In this document: piece after piece, positions 1 through 12,380 of the stretch
How the letters are laid out: each line of letters opens with the position of its first letter
How positions within the stretch are numbered: the first letter of the stretch is position 1
DNA from: Phoronis australis
Taxonomy: Eukaryota > Animalia > Phoronida
NCBI GenBank assembly: GCA_002633005.1
Contig: NMRA01000059.1
Coordinates: 22,697-86,696, forward strand
DNA: 64,000 bases
Direction of reading: 5' to 3'
Translations under genes and position numbers: made by a program
Notes under the pieces: generated by a model
The model's database searches: none
Told to the model about the DNA's origin: nothing
What the model saw: only the letters and a program-made list of their open reading frames with translations

Positions 1-1156
1 ACTAAAGCTCATTTTGTAAATCATCCCACTTTCTGCTAATAAATTGGATGTGAATACTAAAGCTCATTTTGTAAACCATCCCATCTTCTGCTAAAACAGA
101 TTCTTTGCCCCTTGAGAGTATTTTACTACAAAGCAAGAGTGGAATCTAACATTTTAATGAGTGCAAACAAGCAACTGAGTAGAATCTAACATTTCATGAG
201 TGCAAACAAGCAACTGAGTTCAAATGTATATCTTCAGTAGGTGTTACCACTTAGATGTGCTGCCTCTTATGTATCTGACATCTTCAGTCAAACTGCTTCA
301 CAAGTCTTGAGGTGCCACCTTTAGTCAAACTGCTTCACAAGCCTTGGGGTGCCACCTTTAGTCAAACTGCTTCACAAGTCTTGTGGAACCACTTAAGTTT
401 AGTCCAACTGCTTCAAGACAATCATGTGGCCAGCCTAGACCCCAAGCCTGAAGATGCCACTTATTGGTTTGGTGAGGAGAAATTTACTTGGCAGAATTCT
501 GACATGTTTTTTACGGAAACTGCCAGAATATGACAAGTGATGTTAAGTTATATCAAGACCTCTTAAATTTGCAGTAGTACAATACAAGTCAAAATCAGTG
601 GTATTTGCGCAGTATTTTAGGTTTAAATCATTGAAAATCTGATGTAATTGAATTCAAAAGCAGGATAATTTATATGGTGCTTTGAATAAAATGGAATTGA
701 CAATAAGTATGCAAACACCTATTATTACAAAAAAATAATAAAAACAGTGTCTTCTAATTCAGAATCATGAACAGAAGCAACAACACCTGTGAAAATAGTT
801 AAAATTTGCATTATGGATCTTGTTTAGTTTATCACATCACAGAAGTAAGGACAAGAATCTCCACGAACTGGTATTTAAGTATTCATCAGAAATTCAAGTG
901 TTTGAAGGCTTTTGTGTCTATCTTGTCAGCGATGAACGTCGTCTATGGCCAATCAGCGTGCAGAAGGGATATCTCCTCACCAAGGCTGAGATGACTAAAC
1001 TGATCACTGCCATCATGAGGCTTGGGGACGAGGCTGCCTTGTGACAGCGTTCTTAATCAAACACAATGTTTAGTGAAACAGCTCCACAGGTCCTGTGGTG
1101 CCATCTTTAGTTCAACTGTTTCACAACAGTCTTGGGGTGCATTTCAGTAAACTTAC

Positions 1157-1324
1157 CAGTGCTTGCTACTATAAAGTCCCAACCAGACGATAAGCACCTG
1201 ACAGGTTTCCCACCAAAACTTGCAAGTGGAACTTCAACAACATTACATGACAAAGTCAGACCACTGCCACCAGGGCCCAACTGTCCGTGTTTGTTACTGC
1301 CCAGGATGTACACCACACCAGATT
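1157..1324 (-). CDS. SERGEF: SERGEF-like exon (ESGVVYILGSNKHGQLG...SSGWDFIVAST)
   Basis: AG/GT boundaries, 168 nt, RCC1 repeat. Confidence 0.9.
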
Positions 1325-4300
1325 CTATTGCACAAGAAAATAGGTCATCAGGTTAGAGTTCAAGTCAGGCAACTTGTGACCTTAAAAATTTACTGAAGGC
1401 AAAATTAGATTATGCGTTTTAGTTAAGAGAGAGTCTGTCTCAGTCAGTTGAAACAGGGGACTGGCAGAACAAACCTATCCAAAATTGGTCCACAAGCCTG
1501 ATGTATAACCCTACCCACCAATAGTCTTTAAGCTAACTGGGCAAGGGTTATTCAACTTTGCAATTAAATATCAAGTAAAGCCGGACACTATCACGCTTAC
1601 CCAGGTTTCATTGGTGAAAGTTACAAAAGTTATCAACATACTAGATTACAAGTGATTTTTCTGGGCTTGGACTAATTGTTATTCCTGGATACTCAATTCA
1701 ATCAGTTAATTCAGAAATTCACAGGCTGTAATTTCATGAACCAAAAGCAACATTCTCCAATGAATGCTGGGAACAGAACATTATTAGGAAACCGTCAATT
1801 CAGTTGTAGAAAGACATCCATAAACCACGGAGTGTACTCTCTTCGGATACCCATGCTTTAAACAATCAGCATGATAAATACCCACTCTTAACGAGTGTCA
1901 GCATGATAAATACCCACTCTTAACGAGTGTCAGCATGATAAATATCCACTCTTAACGAGAGTCAGCATGATAAATACCCACTCTTATAGAGAGATAGCAT
2001 GATAAAATTACTTAACAGGCATCAAATGTAACATGGGGAGTGCACAGTGTAATGAATACTAATAATCTTGACGTTAACTGCTGGTTACTTGTTAACGGCT
2101 CATTACCTGTTAAAAAAGCTGTGTGGAAGGCCCCAGCAGCTACAGTGACAATTTTGGAGCTCACAGATTGGATGTTAACTAGAAACAAAACAGACATATG
2201 AAATTATATTTGCTTTACATTGGGTTATATATCAATAAAATGTATTTCACAAAATAGGTCAAAAAGGAACACACAGCATTGAAGTGGAGCCATGACACCA
2301 CTGCATACAGTTCATACTTTTAGGTGTTTTATCATGGAATATAAACAAATAAAAAGACAATACGAAGCATAGCATAAGACAACTCCCTCTGAAACGAGAC
2401 AAGTCAGCTGTTACCTCCTTGATAAAAACTTTTTTTGGTAGATCACCCACTCCTTTTTGAAAAGATGAACAAAAGCAAGTATTAGTTTGATATTCCATGA
2501 TTTCCAAAGCAATGAGGACAAAAAATCCCATCATTTTTGCTCTGGTGGGTTTTGTTTTTGAGCAAGTGAACAACTAAAAATACTGCACAACCGATTTGAT
2601 TTCCACAAAAATGAACAAACTATGCTTTTTAGCTTTATCCTGGACATCTTTTACATGTAAATGTGTTTTGAGTGTTAACTATTCAAAAGAATATTAAAAG
2701 TGACATAAATAAGTCAGCAAATGACCTACATCTTAGTTCTGTATTCTGCATTAAATAGACACGCTACTCAACATAAACTTCATTCTTTCATCTAGACTGT
2801 AACTGAGATTGCAAACTCGCAACAAAACAAGATACACAACAAAAGAAGGCACTGCACACAGTTTTAACATGAACACTGAATTACTGTATTAGATAATTGA
2901 TAAAAATTCATATTTTTATATGGAATTGTTGCTTTTGTAATATAATGGTGAGCTGATGAAAATTTAGTGGAAAATACAAGTCGATAGGCTAGATTAAGCA
3001 AACATCTCTGGTTCAATAAGACGTCAATATTTTGATAAAATAACTATCCACTTACATTTTTTAAAACTTACGATCTTTGAATTTTCATTCGAGCCTAGTT
3101 GTCCTTTGCTGGCTGATCCACACCCATAGAGGTCACCGGATTCTAACAAAACATGAGAATTAACATTATATTTAATGAGATTATACTCAAACTAACACAA
3201 TCAAAAAATGACTACTGCTTTACATGCTTCAGGAAGGAACGTGAGATAAAAAGAAAGAAGATTTTTCGTATCAAAAATGTGAAACTCCAAAAGAATAAAA
3301 ATGTGTTCGTAAGAATAGAATTGTGGTATGTGGGCAAGACTGTACTTAAGAATCTATTTGTGTTTGTGAGTGCGAAGTATATGGGATGGAACATTCATGT
3401 TGTTTAGGAGAAAAAGGTTGTCCTAAACATAGTGTAGGTACAACTGCACCTACATGATCAACTATACATAGATACGCATGTGTGCCACCAAAATTATTAA
3501 ACATTTACTGCTCCAACAGGAAGCGCCACCAAAGCAGTGATAATTAGGGTCCCGATAATGATGTGGCTTGTTTTACACTAATGATTGATATGCACTGAGG
3601 CTTTCATAGTATACATGTCAATACAATACAGAGTACTCCATAGTATACCTGTCAATACAATACAGAGTATTCCATAGTATACATGCCAATACAATACACA
3701 GTACTTCATAGTATACATGTCAATACAATAAGAGTACTTCATAGTATACCTTTCAATTTAATAGAGTACTTCATAGTATATGTGTCAATACAATACAAAG
3801 TACTTCATAGTATATGTGTCAATACAATACAGAGTATGCCATAGTATAACTTTCAATGCAATACAAAGTACTTCATAGTATACCTGTTAATACAATACAG
3901 AGTACTTCATAGTATATGTGTCAATACAATACAGAGTGCTCCATAGTATATCTTTCAATTCAATAGTCAGAGTACTTCATAGTATATGTGTCAATACAAT
4001 ACTAAGAACTTCATACCTGCCAATACAACTGAATGGCGAAGACCAGCAGCCACGTCAATTACTGGTTCTCCTATGTTCACCTGTGTTGCTGTGGTTACGT
4101 GATCAGTAGTGGCCAAGTGACCAAGTTGTCCATAACGATTGGAGCCCCAACAAAACAACTGACCATTAACTGCAATAAGCAATAACAACTCCACAACTCT
4201 TACTTCTATTGACTGTGACATTTTTATAATCTTAACAGCACTGATGAAGCTAATTACTTACAAAGCAACAATATCAGTTCATCATCATGCACTCAACAGC

Positions 4301-7300
4301 AACACAAAAGTTAACAGTTATTTCATTTAGAATCACACGATGTTATCAAAACCACATAAGTAATGGCATGGTACAAAGATACAGGCCTTCATCAAGCCCT
4401 GGCGCCTTGACAGCCGCTAGAACATAAGGAAAGCCTGCCAATTAGTGAGTGAACTTCACAAAGGGATCTATTTGTAGGGAGTTTCCAAACTTTTGCTAAG
4501 TTTTCTCCCAGAAACGCCACCACTACGTAGGTGTGAATCCCATGAGCCTAACACTTTCATAGGCATTCTTGGACAGTTACATCTTTAATTCATTAAGCCT
4601 GAAACAGCACAACAACAAGATGTTGTCCTCAGACTCACAAAGTTAATTTTCTTGGAAGTGTTTGTGAAAATGTCACTTCCAAGCTGCATGTTCCGTGAGA
4701 CTCTTCTATAGGAGTACCTACCCCCCCAAGTATGTCTTTGTACTGTAGTGATAGTATAGCTAGCGGACATCATCCTGTTAAGACAGTTGTTAAATAGGCA
4801 CAGGGCTTGCCTGGTCTTGTCAACTTGTTCTGATCAAATATAAGTTTGTACCCAAACTAAATGACATTTCTACATGTACAAGACTGAAATGCATGAATAG
4901 TATAAAGAAGAGAACTAACCTGTTGCTGCTAAGGAGAAGTCCCATCCTGCTGCTATGACACGGACATTTTCTAATTGGGTCACTTTCACCAAGCTTGCCA
5001 CGTTGTTTGTGTGACCTTGACCAAGCTGACCTTTAACATTCCAGCCACAAGAGTAAACAGAACCATTAGCTATAAGAAAGAAGAGCAAGAATTTTGCACA
5101 GGTGGGCAAGCATTACGGAACCATGTTCCAAACAAACAAGAGCAACATGTAGAGTAATTGGTATGCATCCATCATCTACAATACAAGTGGTGGAGATATA
5201 CAGGATGCTCAGAAAACCAACAGCAACCCTGCTCTCTTCAATCGGATTACATGGAGCAAATTTCATGAAGATTGAAAATTGCCTCCATAAGGTGCTACAG
5301 TAGATCTGTCCAAACATTAATGCAAAGATCTCCCTTAAGAACACACCTTCCAATTTTCATGACTACTCTTCAAGTGCTCTGGCGGATGCTAAATATATAT
5401 ACACAAATACAATAAAAATGGTCACCAGGGGCACAGAATATGTGGAATCCGAAATTGAGCAGGTGCCATCCCCTCCTTTCTAGAAGCATATTAGCTAGAA
5501 TTCACGGAGATATGAACTTGGTAGATATTGTGGGACATGCAAAGAAAACCAAATTGATTCTAGGGGAAGCCACAATAGTCAGGCTCGTCCCAAAGTCAAC
5601 GCGAGTTTTGCTCCTAAATAGCAGCATACAGAGCAACTTTCATAAAAAATCATCAGGAAAAATGATAGATATTGAGGCAGAAAGAAAAAAAACATATTAC
5701 CACAACAGGGCACATAATACAGTAGTCAGACCTGTCTAAAAGTCAACATCAGTAATGCTCTCTTCAGTAGGAACATGTACAATGAATTTCATGAAGACCC
5801 ATGAAATTGGAAGATATTGAGCCTGAGATAAAAAATGCCACTAGGGGTATAACAATAGTCGGACCCATTTGAAAATCAATGTCAGTTATGATTACCTCAT
5901 TAAGAGCATATTTCCTATATTTCACAATGATTGTCAAGCGATTCAGTGGAAAAAGAAGAGGACATCCAAACTCCAAAATAATAAAAATGGTCACTAGGTT
6001 GTGTAAATTTGTCGGCATCACCTCAACAGAAACCTATTTGTCAAATTTCATAAAACTCCATCAAGGACATACATCTTTGTGTAATACATCAAGGGTGATA
6101 CATCTTTGGCAAACGGAAAAAAAACTTAGATGAACAATTAGCATGACTACTATCTTGGCACGTGGATGGGTTTCAGTGGAAAGCCGGGTTTCATTGTGGT
6201 TTTGCATATGTCAAATCCGGCTAAATTTAACCCCCAGCTTACTCGTGACATTACCTGTCAGTACAAGAGTGTGTCCACCCCCTCCAGTGACAACTGTGAT
6301 GGTCTCCTCAGGTAACTGCTTGCTGCAAACAAGAGCAGGTGATGCTTTGTCCTCGTTGTGCCCCAGTCCTAGCTGTCCATAGCTGTTTGCACCCTAGAAA
6401 GTGCATCAACTAGTCTATGAATAAATCAAAAACAAGAGCAACGCGGAGCGTTGAAATGCGCCCACGAATGCATCACAAATGGTGTGCTTTTAGGGTTGTT
6501 TATTTGTGTCATAAAAATGGCCATTAGATGGCGCGAAAACGTACAATCCATCCGAAAATGGAAACATGTCATTGCTTCTTTATAGAAAGCTATACACCAA
6601 ATTTCGTAGAAATCCATCACGGAACTTCAGAGAAACAAAGGAAAACAGACTGAAATGAAATTGCCACTAGAGGGCACATTGTTCATTGGATCTGCCTGAA
6701 TGTCGTCATTGTCTGTTGTTAGCTTAATGTAAATACACTTACTAATTAAATTTAATATGGATCCTGCAAAGGGTTTAGGAGATACAGCTACAGGCACAAA
6801 ACAAAACAAAGCTACCACTAGGAGCCACAGCAGTCAAAGTTGTCATCCTTAACTGTCCTCTTCACACTGAGAACGTATACGCCATTTTTCAAAACCATCC
6901 TTAGAATGATTTGGTTGATAGTGAGGTAAAAAAAGAGCAAAAACAGCCACTAGGTTGCGCAAAATACCTTCATTCCATCCGAAAACGGAAGTATAGCATC
7001 ATCTCACCAATAGATGCCCATATTAAAAATTTTATGAAAATCCGTTAAGGACCTTTGAAGATACAGAGGTAAATGTAAAACTAAAATTGCCAACAGGGGG
7101 AACACCAGTAGTCAGAACCATCCGGGAATCATCGTTGTCCGTTGTCAACATCATATGAACACACTTGTTAAAATTAGTAAAGATCCTGCAAACGGATTAG
7201 GAGATACAGCCATAAGTGCAAAAAACAAAATTCCCACTAAGAGAAGCCACAGTATTCAGTGATCAGAAATCCTCGTCACACGTCCAGTTCATAGCAAAAG

Positions 7301-10300
7301 CATATATGCCAATTTTCCCAATTATCCAGAAAGCGGTTAGGTTGATTGAGGGGTGGACGCCAAAAAACAGACTCAAAAACAGTAAATATGGCCACTACGT
7401 GGTGCAAACAAGGTTGAATCCATCTGAAAACGGAAAGATATAAACACCTCACTGACAGAAGACTGTACACCAAATTTTATGAAAATACGTTGAGGACCTT
7501 TGAAGATACAGAGGTAAACGTAAAAAAATAAAATTGCCAAAAGGTGGCACACCAGAAGTCAGATCTGTCTGAGTCGTTGTCGTCCGTTGCCATCATCATA
7601 TAAATGCACTTATTAAATTTCGTAAAGTTCTGGCTAACGGTTTAGGAGATATAGCGATAGGCACAAAAAAAACTGCCACTAGGAGGTACCACAGTAGTCG
7701 AAGTCGTCGGAAAATCATCACCAACTGTCCTCTTTATAGTAAGGACATACACACCAATTTTCACAATCATGCTTAGAGCGGTTTGGTTGATAGAGGGGTG
7801 GACACTAAAAAACAGACTCGAAAACAGTAAAAATGGCCACTAGGTGGCGCAAACTAAGTCGAATCCATCCAAAAATGGGTGGATATCGTCATCTCACTAA
7901 TAGATGCCTATATACCAATTTTGTGAAAATATGCTGAGGGCCCTCTTGGAAAGCAGTACTATCACTGAAGAGGCCACTCTCATTTTAAATATCACAATAA
8001 TTAATAAATAAATAAATAACAAATAAATAAATAAATAAATAACAGACCTTTGGAAATACAGAGGTAAACGTAAAAAATTAAAATTGCCACTAGGGGGAAC
8101 ACCCACAGTCGGATACGTCCGAACGTTCGCTCATGCTTTTCCATCCATGAAAGGAACATGTGCAAAACTTCATGAACATATGTCAATGGGTTTTGGAGAT
8201 AGAGCAGCGAACGCTGGACAGACGCCGGACGGACGCACCCGAACGGATGGACGGACGGACAGTTCACGGCATAAAAATCAAAAAAATCATCCATGACAAA
8301 AAATGTCACATTTCTGCACAGGAAAAACAGCACTTCTCTAATATCAAATCCGGTACCTTCCATATAATGAAATAGAAGGTGTATAGAGACCAGATGTTAA
8401 GGACAATAAATAAACTTGCAATTTAAGTAATTTTGTCTAGTACATCAGGAAATGCTTTTTGAATAGTAAAACAAAGGTGTCACTGCTGTAGTTGTACAAA
8501 GGTGTCACTGCTGTAGTTGTACAAAGGTGTCACTGCTGCAGTTGTACAAAGGTGTCACTGCTGTGGTTGTACAAAGGTGTCACTCCTGTAGTTGTATAAA
8601 TCAGTTTGAAGAGATGAAGGTGTTGGGAGATATGTAAATGGATATATCTTGGATGTATGGTTGAATTACTGAATGAAATCTCTTCAAAAGGACTTGTTGA
8701 TTTTTTTCTGAAAATCAAATCCCAATATCCAACTATTTTGATCAAAGTAATCACAACTTCACTACATTCTAAATGATTTGAAGCAGAAAGAAATCACATT
8801 TCCAACCGCTACCATCACCTTAAGTTTTCACAGATGACAGGATATACAAGCATGGCTGCTTATGGTCAGTACAATAAAACGCATAGAAATAGTTGAAGGT
8901 TGATAAAATTGTGTGCTATTTGTTTTTTAATAGAAGTTTCTGGTTTATGTATTATTTGAAGATATTTTAGCTTTGATTTTGGAGACATTCTTCCAAATTA
9001 ATGATTTCAGGCTATGTATGACACACTTCAACTTAGAGGTAACTTCTGAGCTTGCAAGGAACTGACAATTGATGAGTGCTTGATGCTCAACTAACACACT
9101 TATCATTACGAACATTTATACACTGAGCATGCTCTTTGAACAATAACGCAACTGTCATTTTATTATTATTTTTATTAATGTAATATTTACAATGAGGGTA
9201 GCCCCATCAGTGCACACTGCTTTCCATGGGGGTCCTCATGTCCATTGCTTTATGTTTGCAAACCCAGACATTACCACAGGAGACAGCAACCAAAGTCATC
9301 AGATAACAAGGGGCTAAGAACAATATAGCCGAAATCATTAATACTCTGACCTCACTGCAAAATCTAATGCTTGTACTCTTGTGAACATCGAGGCAAAAAT
9401 GGCGCGAGAGACCAAATTAGCACTCATTACCGTAGTCTGAAGGAGGGGCCACCTATTGGACTCTGAAAGAAACTGAACCAAGACACTGTAACAGCTCCCT
9501 CTGCTGCTTTCCACAACAAGATCAGCAGCTCTGGTCACAGACAGTGACCACCATGTCTACTGCCAGCTAGAAATGGTGGTCACTATCTACTCTGGTCACA
9601 GACAGTGACCACCATCTCTACTGCTAGATAGGCATGGTGGTCACAGACAGTGACCACCATCTCTACTGCCAGCTAGAGACGGTGGTCAATATCTGCTCTG
9701 GTTATTCTCAAAAATTAACTTTGTTATGGCCAGTTCAGACGGTAGTACTGTTTGACTCATCTTGATTCCTGATTGTTTTCAACCTACCAGCGCTAAAGGC
9801 TTGTGCACATTTTATGTATAGGCAACACGCAGCCAATCAGCTGGCTGTACAGAGGTCTGCTGTGAAACGTGCTTCCGGTGAATCATATCTGAGCAACAAT
9901 TGGCATAGTCGGCAAGCGGATGATATACCGATGAAGTACTATAGGGACCCTCGGACTTCAGACAGCACGCTTTATGGTGATTCTAGACCAGGAGTCGAGG
10001 ACCTTAGTGTGAGACAATCTTGGGGTTCGTCTGTCCGGCAGCTATCCTGGTGAGGTAAAAGTCCAGGAGTAAAATCTTGTGACGTTCCAGGAGTAGAATC
10101 TTGTGTTCATCTGCCAGGTAGCGCGCCTGTTCATAGGAAAGGGGGTTATGTTGTGAAACGTGTTTCTGGTGAATCATCTATGAGCCTCTGTTAGTCACTC
10201 GCTAACGGGCCATTGCCGCTTAGCTGAATGGTCAGCACACTCGCTGGTTAAATCAGGGTCGCTTGTTCAATTTCCAAGGTTGAGTAATCTCGCCTGTTAT

Positions 10301-10571
10301 GACAGGTCCTTGTATGGCTGCGTCATACAGCATACAGGGCGATTAATTGTTTGTTGTCATAGACATAACTCTAAATTGCTAAATTAAATAACAACAATTT
10401 GTCTCTGGGGTGACGTGTACTAGATTGGCGCTTTAAGAATGAAAAGAAACCCTCAAGAGCACAACATGAGTGAAATTAGACAAGACTCAGTTCTTAAGGG
10501 TTGGTTTACCGACAAGACTGAAATTGATTTGTTACCCAGGAAAACACAACTTGTTTGCTGGTGGCTTCCAT
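1157..10571 (-). CDS. SERGEF: RCC1-repeat protein, secretion-regulating guanine nucleotide exchange factor (SERGEF/DelGEF)-like; spliced gene, 3' part beyond left edge
   Basis: Exons 10536-10571, 6255-6393, 4920-5069, 4017-4169, 3072-3142, 2107-2178, 1157-1324, all GT-AG. RCC1 repeats: FSW/GANSYGQLGLGH, GGGGHTLVLT, CGWNVKGQLGQGH, AAGWDFS, WGSNRYGQLG, AAGLRHS. A short N-terminus followed by W-GANSYGQLGLGH..TGGGGH..GWDF..AAGLRH matches vertebrate SERGEF as I recall it. Confidence 0.85.
1867..2005. repeat. Minisatellite, 32-bp unit
   Basis: TCAGCATGATAAATACCCACTCTTAACGAGTG x~4. Confidence 0.9.
2107..2178 (-). CDS. SERGEF: SERGEF-like exon (NIQSVSSKIVTVAAGAFHTAFLT)
   Basis: tttctag acceptor, gtaatg donor; RCC1 'VAAGxxHT' motif. 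Confidence 0.85.
3072..3142 (-). CDS. SERGEF: SERGEF-like exon 5 (ESGDLYGCGSASKGQLGSNENSKI)
   Basis: ttgttag acceptor, gtaagt donor; RCC1-type GxG..KGQLG; not in the ORF track. Confidence 0.8.
3603..4003. repeat. Minisatellite, ~35-bp unit
   Basis: TTCATAGTATAnnTGTCAATACAATACAGAGTAC repeated, abutting the exon donor at 4016. Confidence 0.9.
4017..4169 (-). CDS. SERGEF: SERGEF-like exon 4 (VNGQLFCWGSNRYGQLGH...AAGLRHSVVLA)
   Basis: AG/GT boundaries, phase 1-1, RCC1 repeat. Confidence 0.9.
4920..5069 (-). CDS. SERGEF: SERGEF-like exon 3 (ANGSVYSCGWNVKGQLGQGH...AAGWDFSLAAT)
   Basis: AG/GT boundaries, phase 1-1, RCC1 repeat. Confidence 0.9.
5130..5900 (-). mobile_element. Degenerate copy of the same HINE-like family
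   Basis: Starts AAACAAGAGCAAC; shares AAAATGGTCACCAGGGGCAC and AATTTCATGAAGA modules. Confidence 0.4.
6255..6393 (-). CDS. SERGEF: SERGEF-like exon 2 (GANSYGQLGLGHNEDK...TGGGGHTLVLT)
   Basis: ttctag acceptor, gtaatg donor, 139 nt, RCC1 repeat. Confidence 0.9.
6430..8275 (-). mobile_element. Non-autonomous Helentron/HINE (DINE-1-like) element with internal degenerate repeats
   Basis: One end AACAAGAG plus hairpin CAACGC-GGA-GCGTTG; other end (GGAC)n microsatellite then GGCATAAAAA; A/T-run insertion site; internal modules AAAATGGCCACTAG..GAATCCATCCGAAAA repeated. Confidence 0.6.
7936..8043 (+). mobile_element. 3' tail of CR1/L2-type LINE or SINE inserted into the HINE-like element
   Basis: GAGGGCCCTCTTGGAAAGCAG..CACTGAAGAGGCCACTCTCATT followed by (AATA)n; interrupts a module that reads GAGGACCTTTGAAGATACAG in sister modules. 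Confidence 0.5.
8473..8597. repeat. Minisatellite, ~24-bp unit
   Basis: ACAAAGGTGTCACTGCTGTAGTTGT repeated. Confidence 0.9.
9158..9238 (-). mobile_element. Second copy of the same retroelement 3' tail
   Basis: Reverse complement GAGGACCCCCATGGAAAGCAG..CACTGATGGGGCTACCCTCATT plus (AAT)n. Confidence 0.45.
9531..9705. repeat. Tandem array of interleaved hairpins
   Basis: GGTCAC-AGACA-GTGACC and GTGACCACCAT..ATGGTGGTCAC repeated three times. Confidence 0.85.
10214..10280 (+). mobile_element. Degenerate tRNA-derived (SINE-like) head
   Basis: A-box TAGCTGAATGG and B-box-like GTTCAATTTCC at tRNA-like spacing. Confidence 0.35.
10536..10571 (-). CDS. SERGEF: SERGEF-like coding exon 1 (MEATSKQVVFSW)
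   Basis: ATG at 10571-10569; donor GTAAC after TGG; phase 0 joins GANSYGQLG. Confidence 0.75.
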
Positions 10572-11340
10572 TTTGAAAAGTCCCGTATGTGAAAATATGT
10601 CACATGATTGAGCTGCTCTTTTGCGAACCTTTGTCGTTGAGCAAGGCTGATGGCTGTTCCACAGCCTCCCACTGGAAATGCTTACCTATTTCATTTCTGA
10701 AATATTTTTTATCAAAAATCAGTGAACTAAATACTTAAGCATGTTTATAAGTACATATTTCAATTATAAATGTACCATTTACTCATATATAGAGCTATTT
10801 CCAAAGTACTTAATTTTTCAGAGGGAGTAATAATTTCATTGAAAAGAAGAGCACCAATGGACAAGAAGCTTTGACGGTCGTCCGCAGTTGATTCGTTGTC
10901 CATTTGAGCCGGATTTTCAGAACCAATCAACTCCGATTAGGATAAAATTTGGCCAATGTAAGTTCACCTCAACATTTTGTGTTTACTACTAGTTCTTGTG
11001 TACATGTGCTTGTTGTTCATATTCGGATGAGTTATTAGGAAAAGGAGCTAATGTCAACATGTAAAACATTGAAATTCGTTATGACATCCCGCCAGCCTAT
11101 GTACCTAAATACCACGCACATTGCTCCGAGATTTTGCACTCACATTTGGTTGGCATTTGACCTGTTCAGTCAATGCCGTAGCCGCAGGCTTTACTTGTTA
11201 AAGTTTATAGCCAATGGACCAGTTTTGCGACTCGATTGGGCAGTTGAAGTAGTTCTTTGTACTCACTCCTAACCTCGATACATTTCACCATTGAGTAGTT
11301 CAGTCTTCCTGACCTGGATATCAGTGGCAAAGCGCCAAAA
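10572..11340. promoter_or_regulatory. Putative bidirectional promoter (SERGEF / NF-YA) with clustered CCAAT boxes
   Basis: Directly upstream of the SERGEF ATG. CCAAT at 10854, 10923, 10953 and 11211, ATTGG at 11235. A GTAAGT donor at 10958 could end a non-coding NF-YA first exon. Confidence 0.5.
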
Positions 11341-12181
11341 TGCAGTTGTTCTGCATGTTCTGCGCTCTGATAATTCACAGAAAAAACAAAAATATACGCT
11401 ATTACAATCCCAGTAGCTTCATTTAATGAAAATTGTGTTTTATATTGGAAATAGTACTACTACAACACTTAATTCCATCAGAGAATAGTTCGTCTTGTAA
11501 TGAAGACAGAATAATTAGGCTTTGCTCAAGACTTTAAACATACATGTGGCTCAGAACATTTCAAACAAATTGCTCAAGATTTCCAAACCGGACTCAGTGT
11601 AGCAGTGCCATCATTTTGTTTGAATGAATATGTAAGAAATATAGAACACCCAACCACCAGTGTCCATCTTTGGTCAACACCTTGTCAGGTGTCTGTATCT
11701 GCATTACAGTCTTGGTCCCTTAAAGACTGTATTCAAAACAACTTGTGACAGGTCGATGGCATGGGGTGTACCGCCCGTCATCTTTGCTTTGGAATACAGT
11801 GTATGAGTGTGTATTGACTCATGCACCTATGTCAGAATTATGTGATGTGTTTTTAAAAAGGTATTTTTGCTCAAGTGTTTTGTGCGTATATATATATAAG
11901 CTTCAGAGGCACATTACCTCATCACTTGTATATGTGTAGTAGTAGTAGTAGTAATAATCTTTATTTAAAAGTCGGTGAGATCATTCGTTAGCACAAGTGC
12001 TATTATCCGACAAATTTAAAATCTACAAAATGAAAACACAGAACTAAAATACAAGCTAATTCTGCAGTACAGAGAATATACAGAACTAAACATGAATATA
12101 CTGTAGTACAAAAGTACACATACATGTTATGGAGTGTGTAGACATCCGTAGCATCCGAGAGTCATCTGAGTGAAGAACCGA

Positions 12182-12380
12182 CATCACTGCACGAGGTACA
12201 TCCCATCACTACACAAGGTACATCCCATCACTACACAAGGTACATCCCATCACTACACAAGGTACATCCCATCACTACACAAGGTACATCCCATCACTGC
12301 ACAAGGTACATCCCATCACTACACAAGGTACATCCCATCACTACACGAGGTACATCCCATCACTACACAAGGTACATCCC
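12182..12380. repeat. Minisatellite, 22-bp unit
   Basis: CATCACTACACAAGGTACATCC x~9. Confidence 0.95.
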
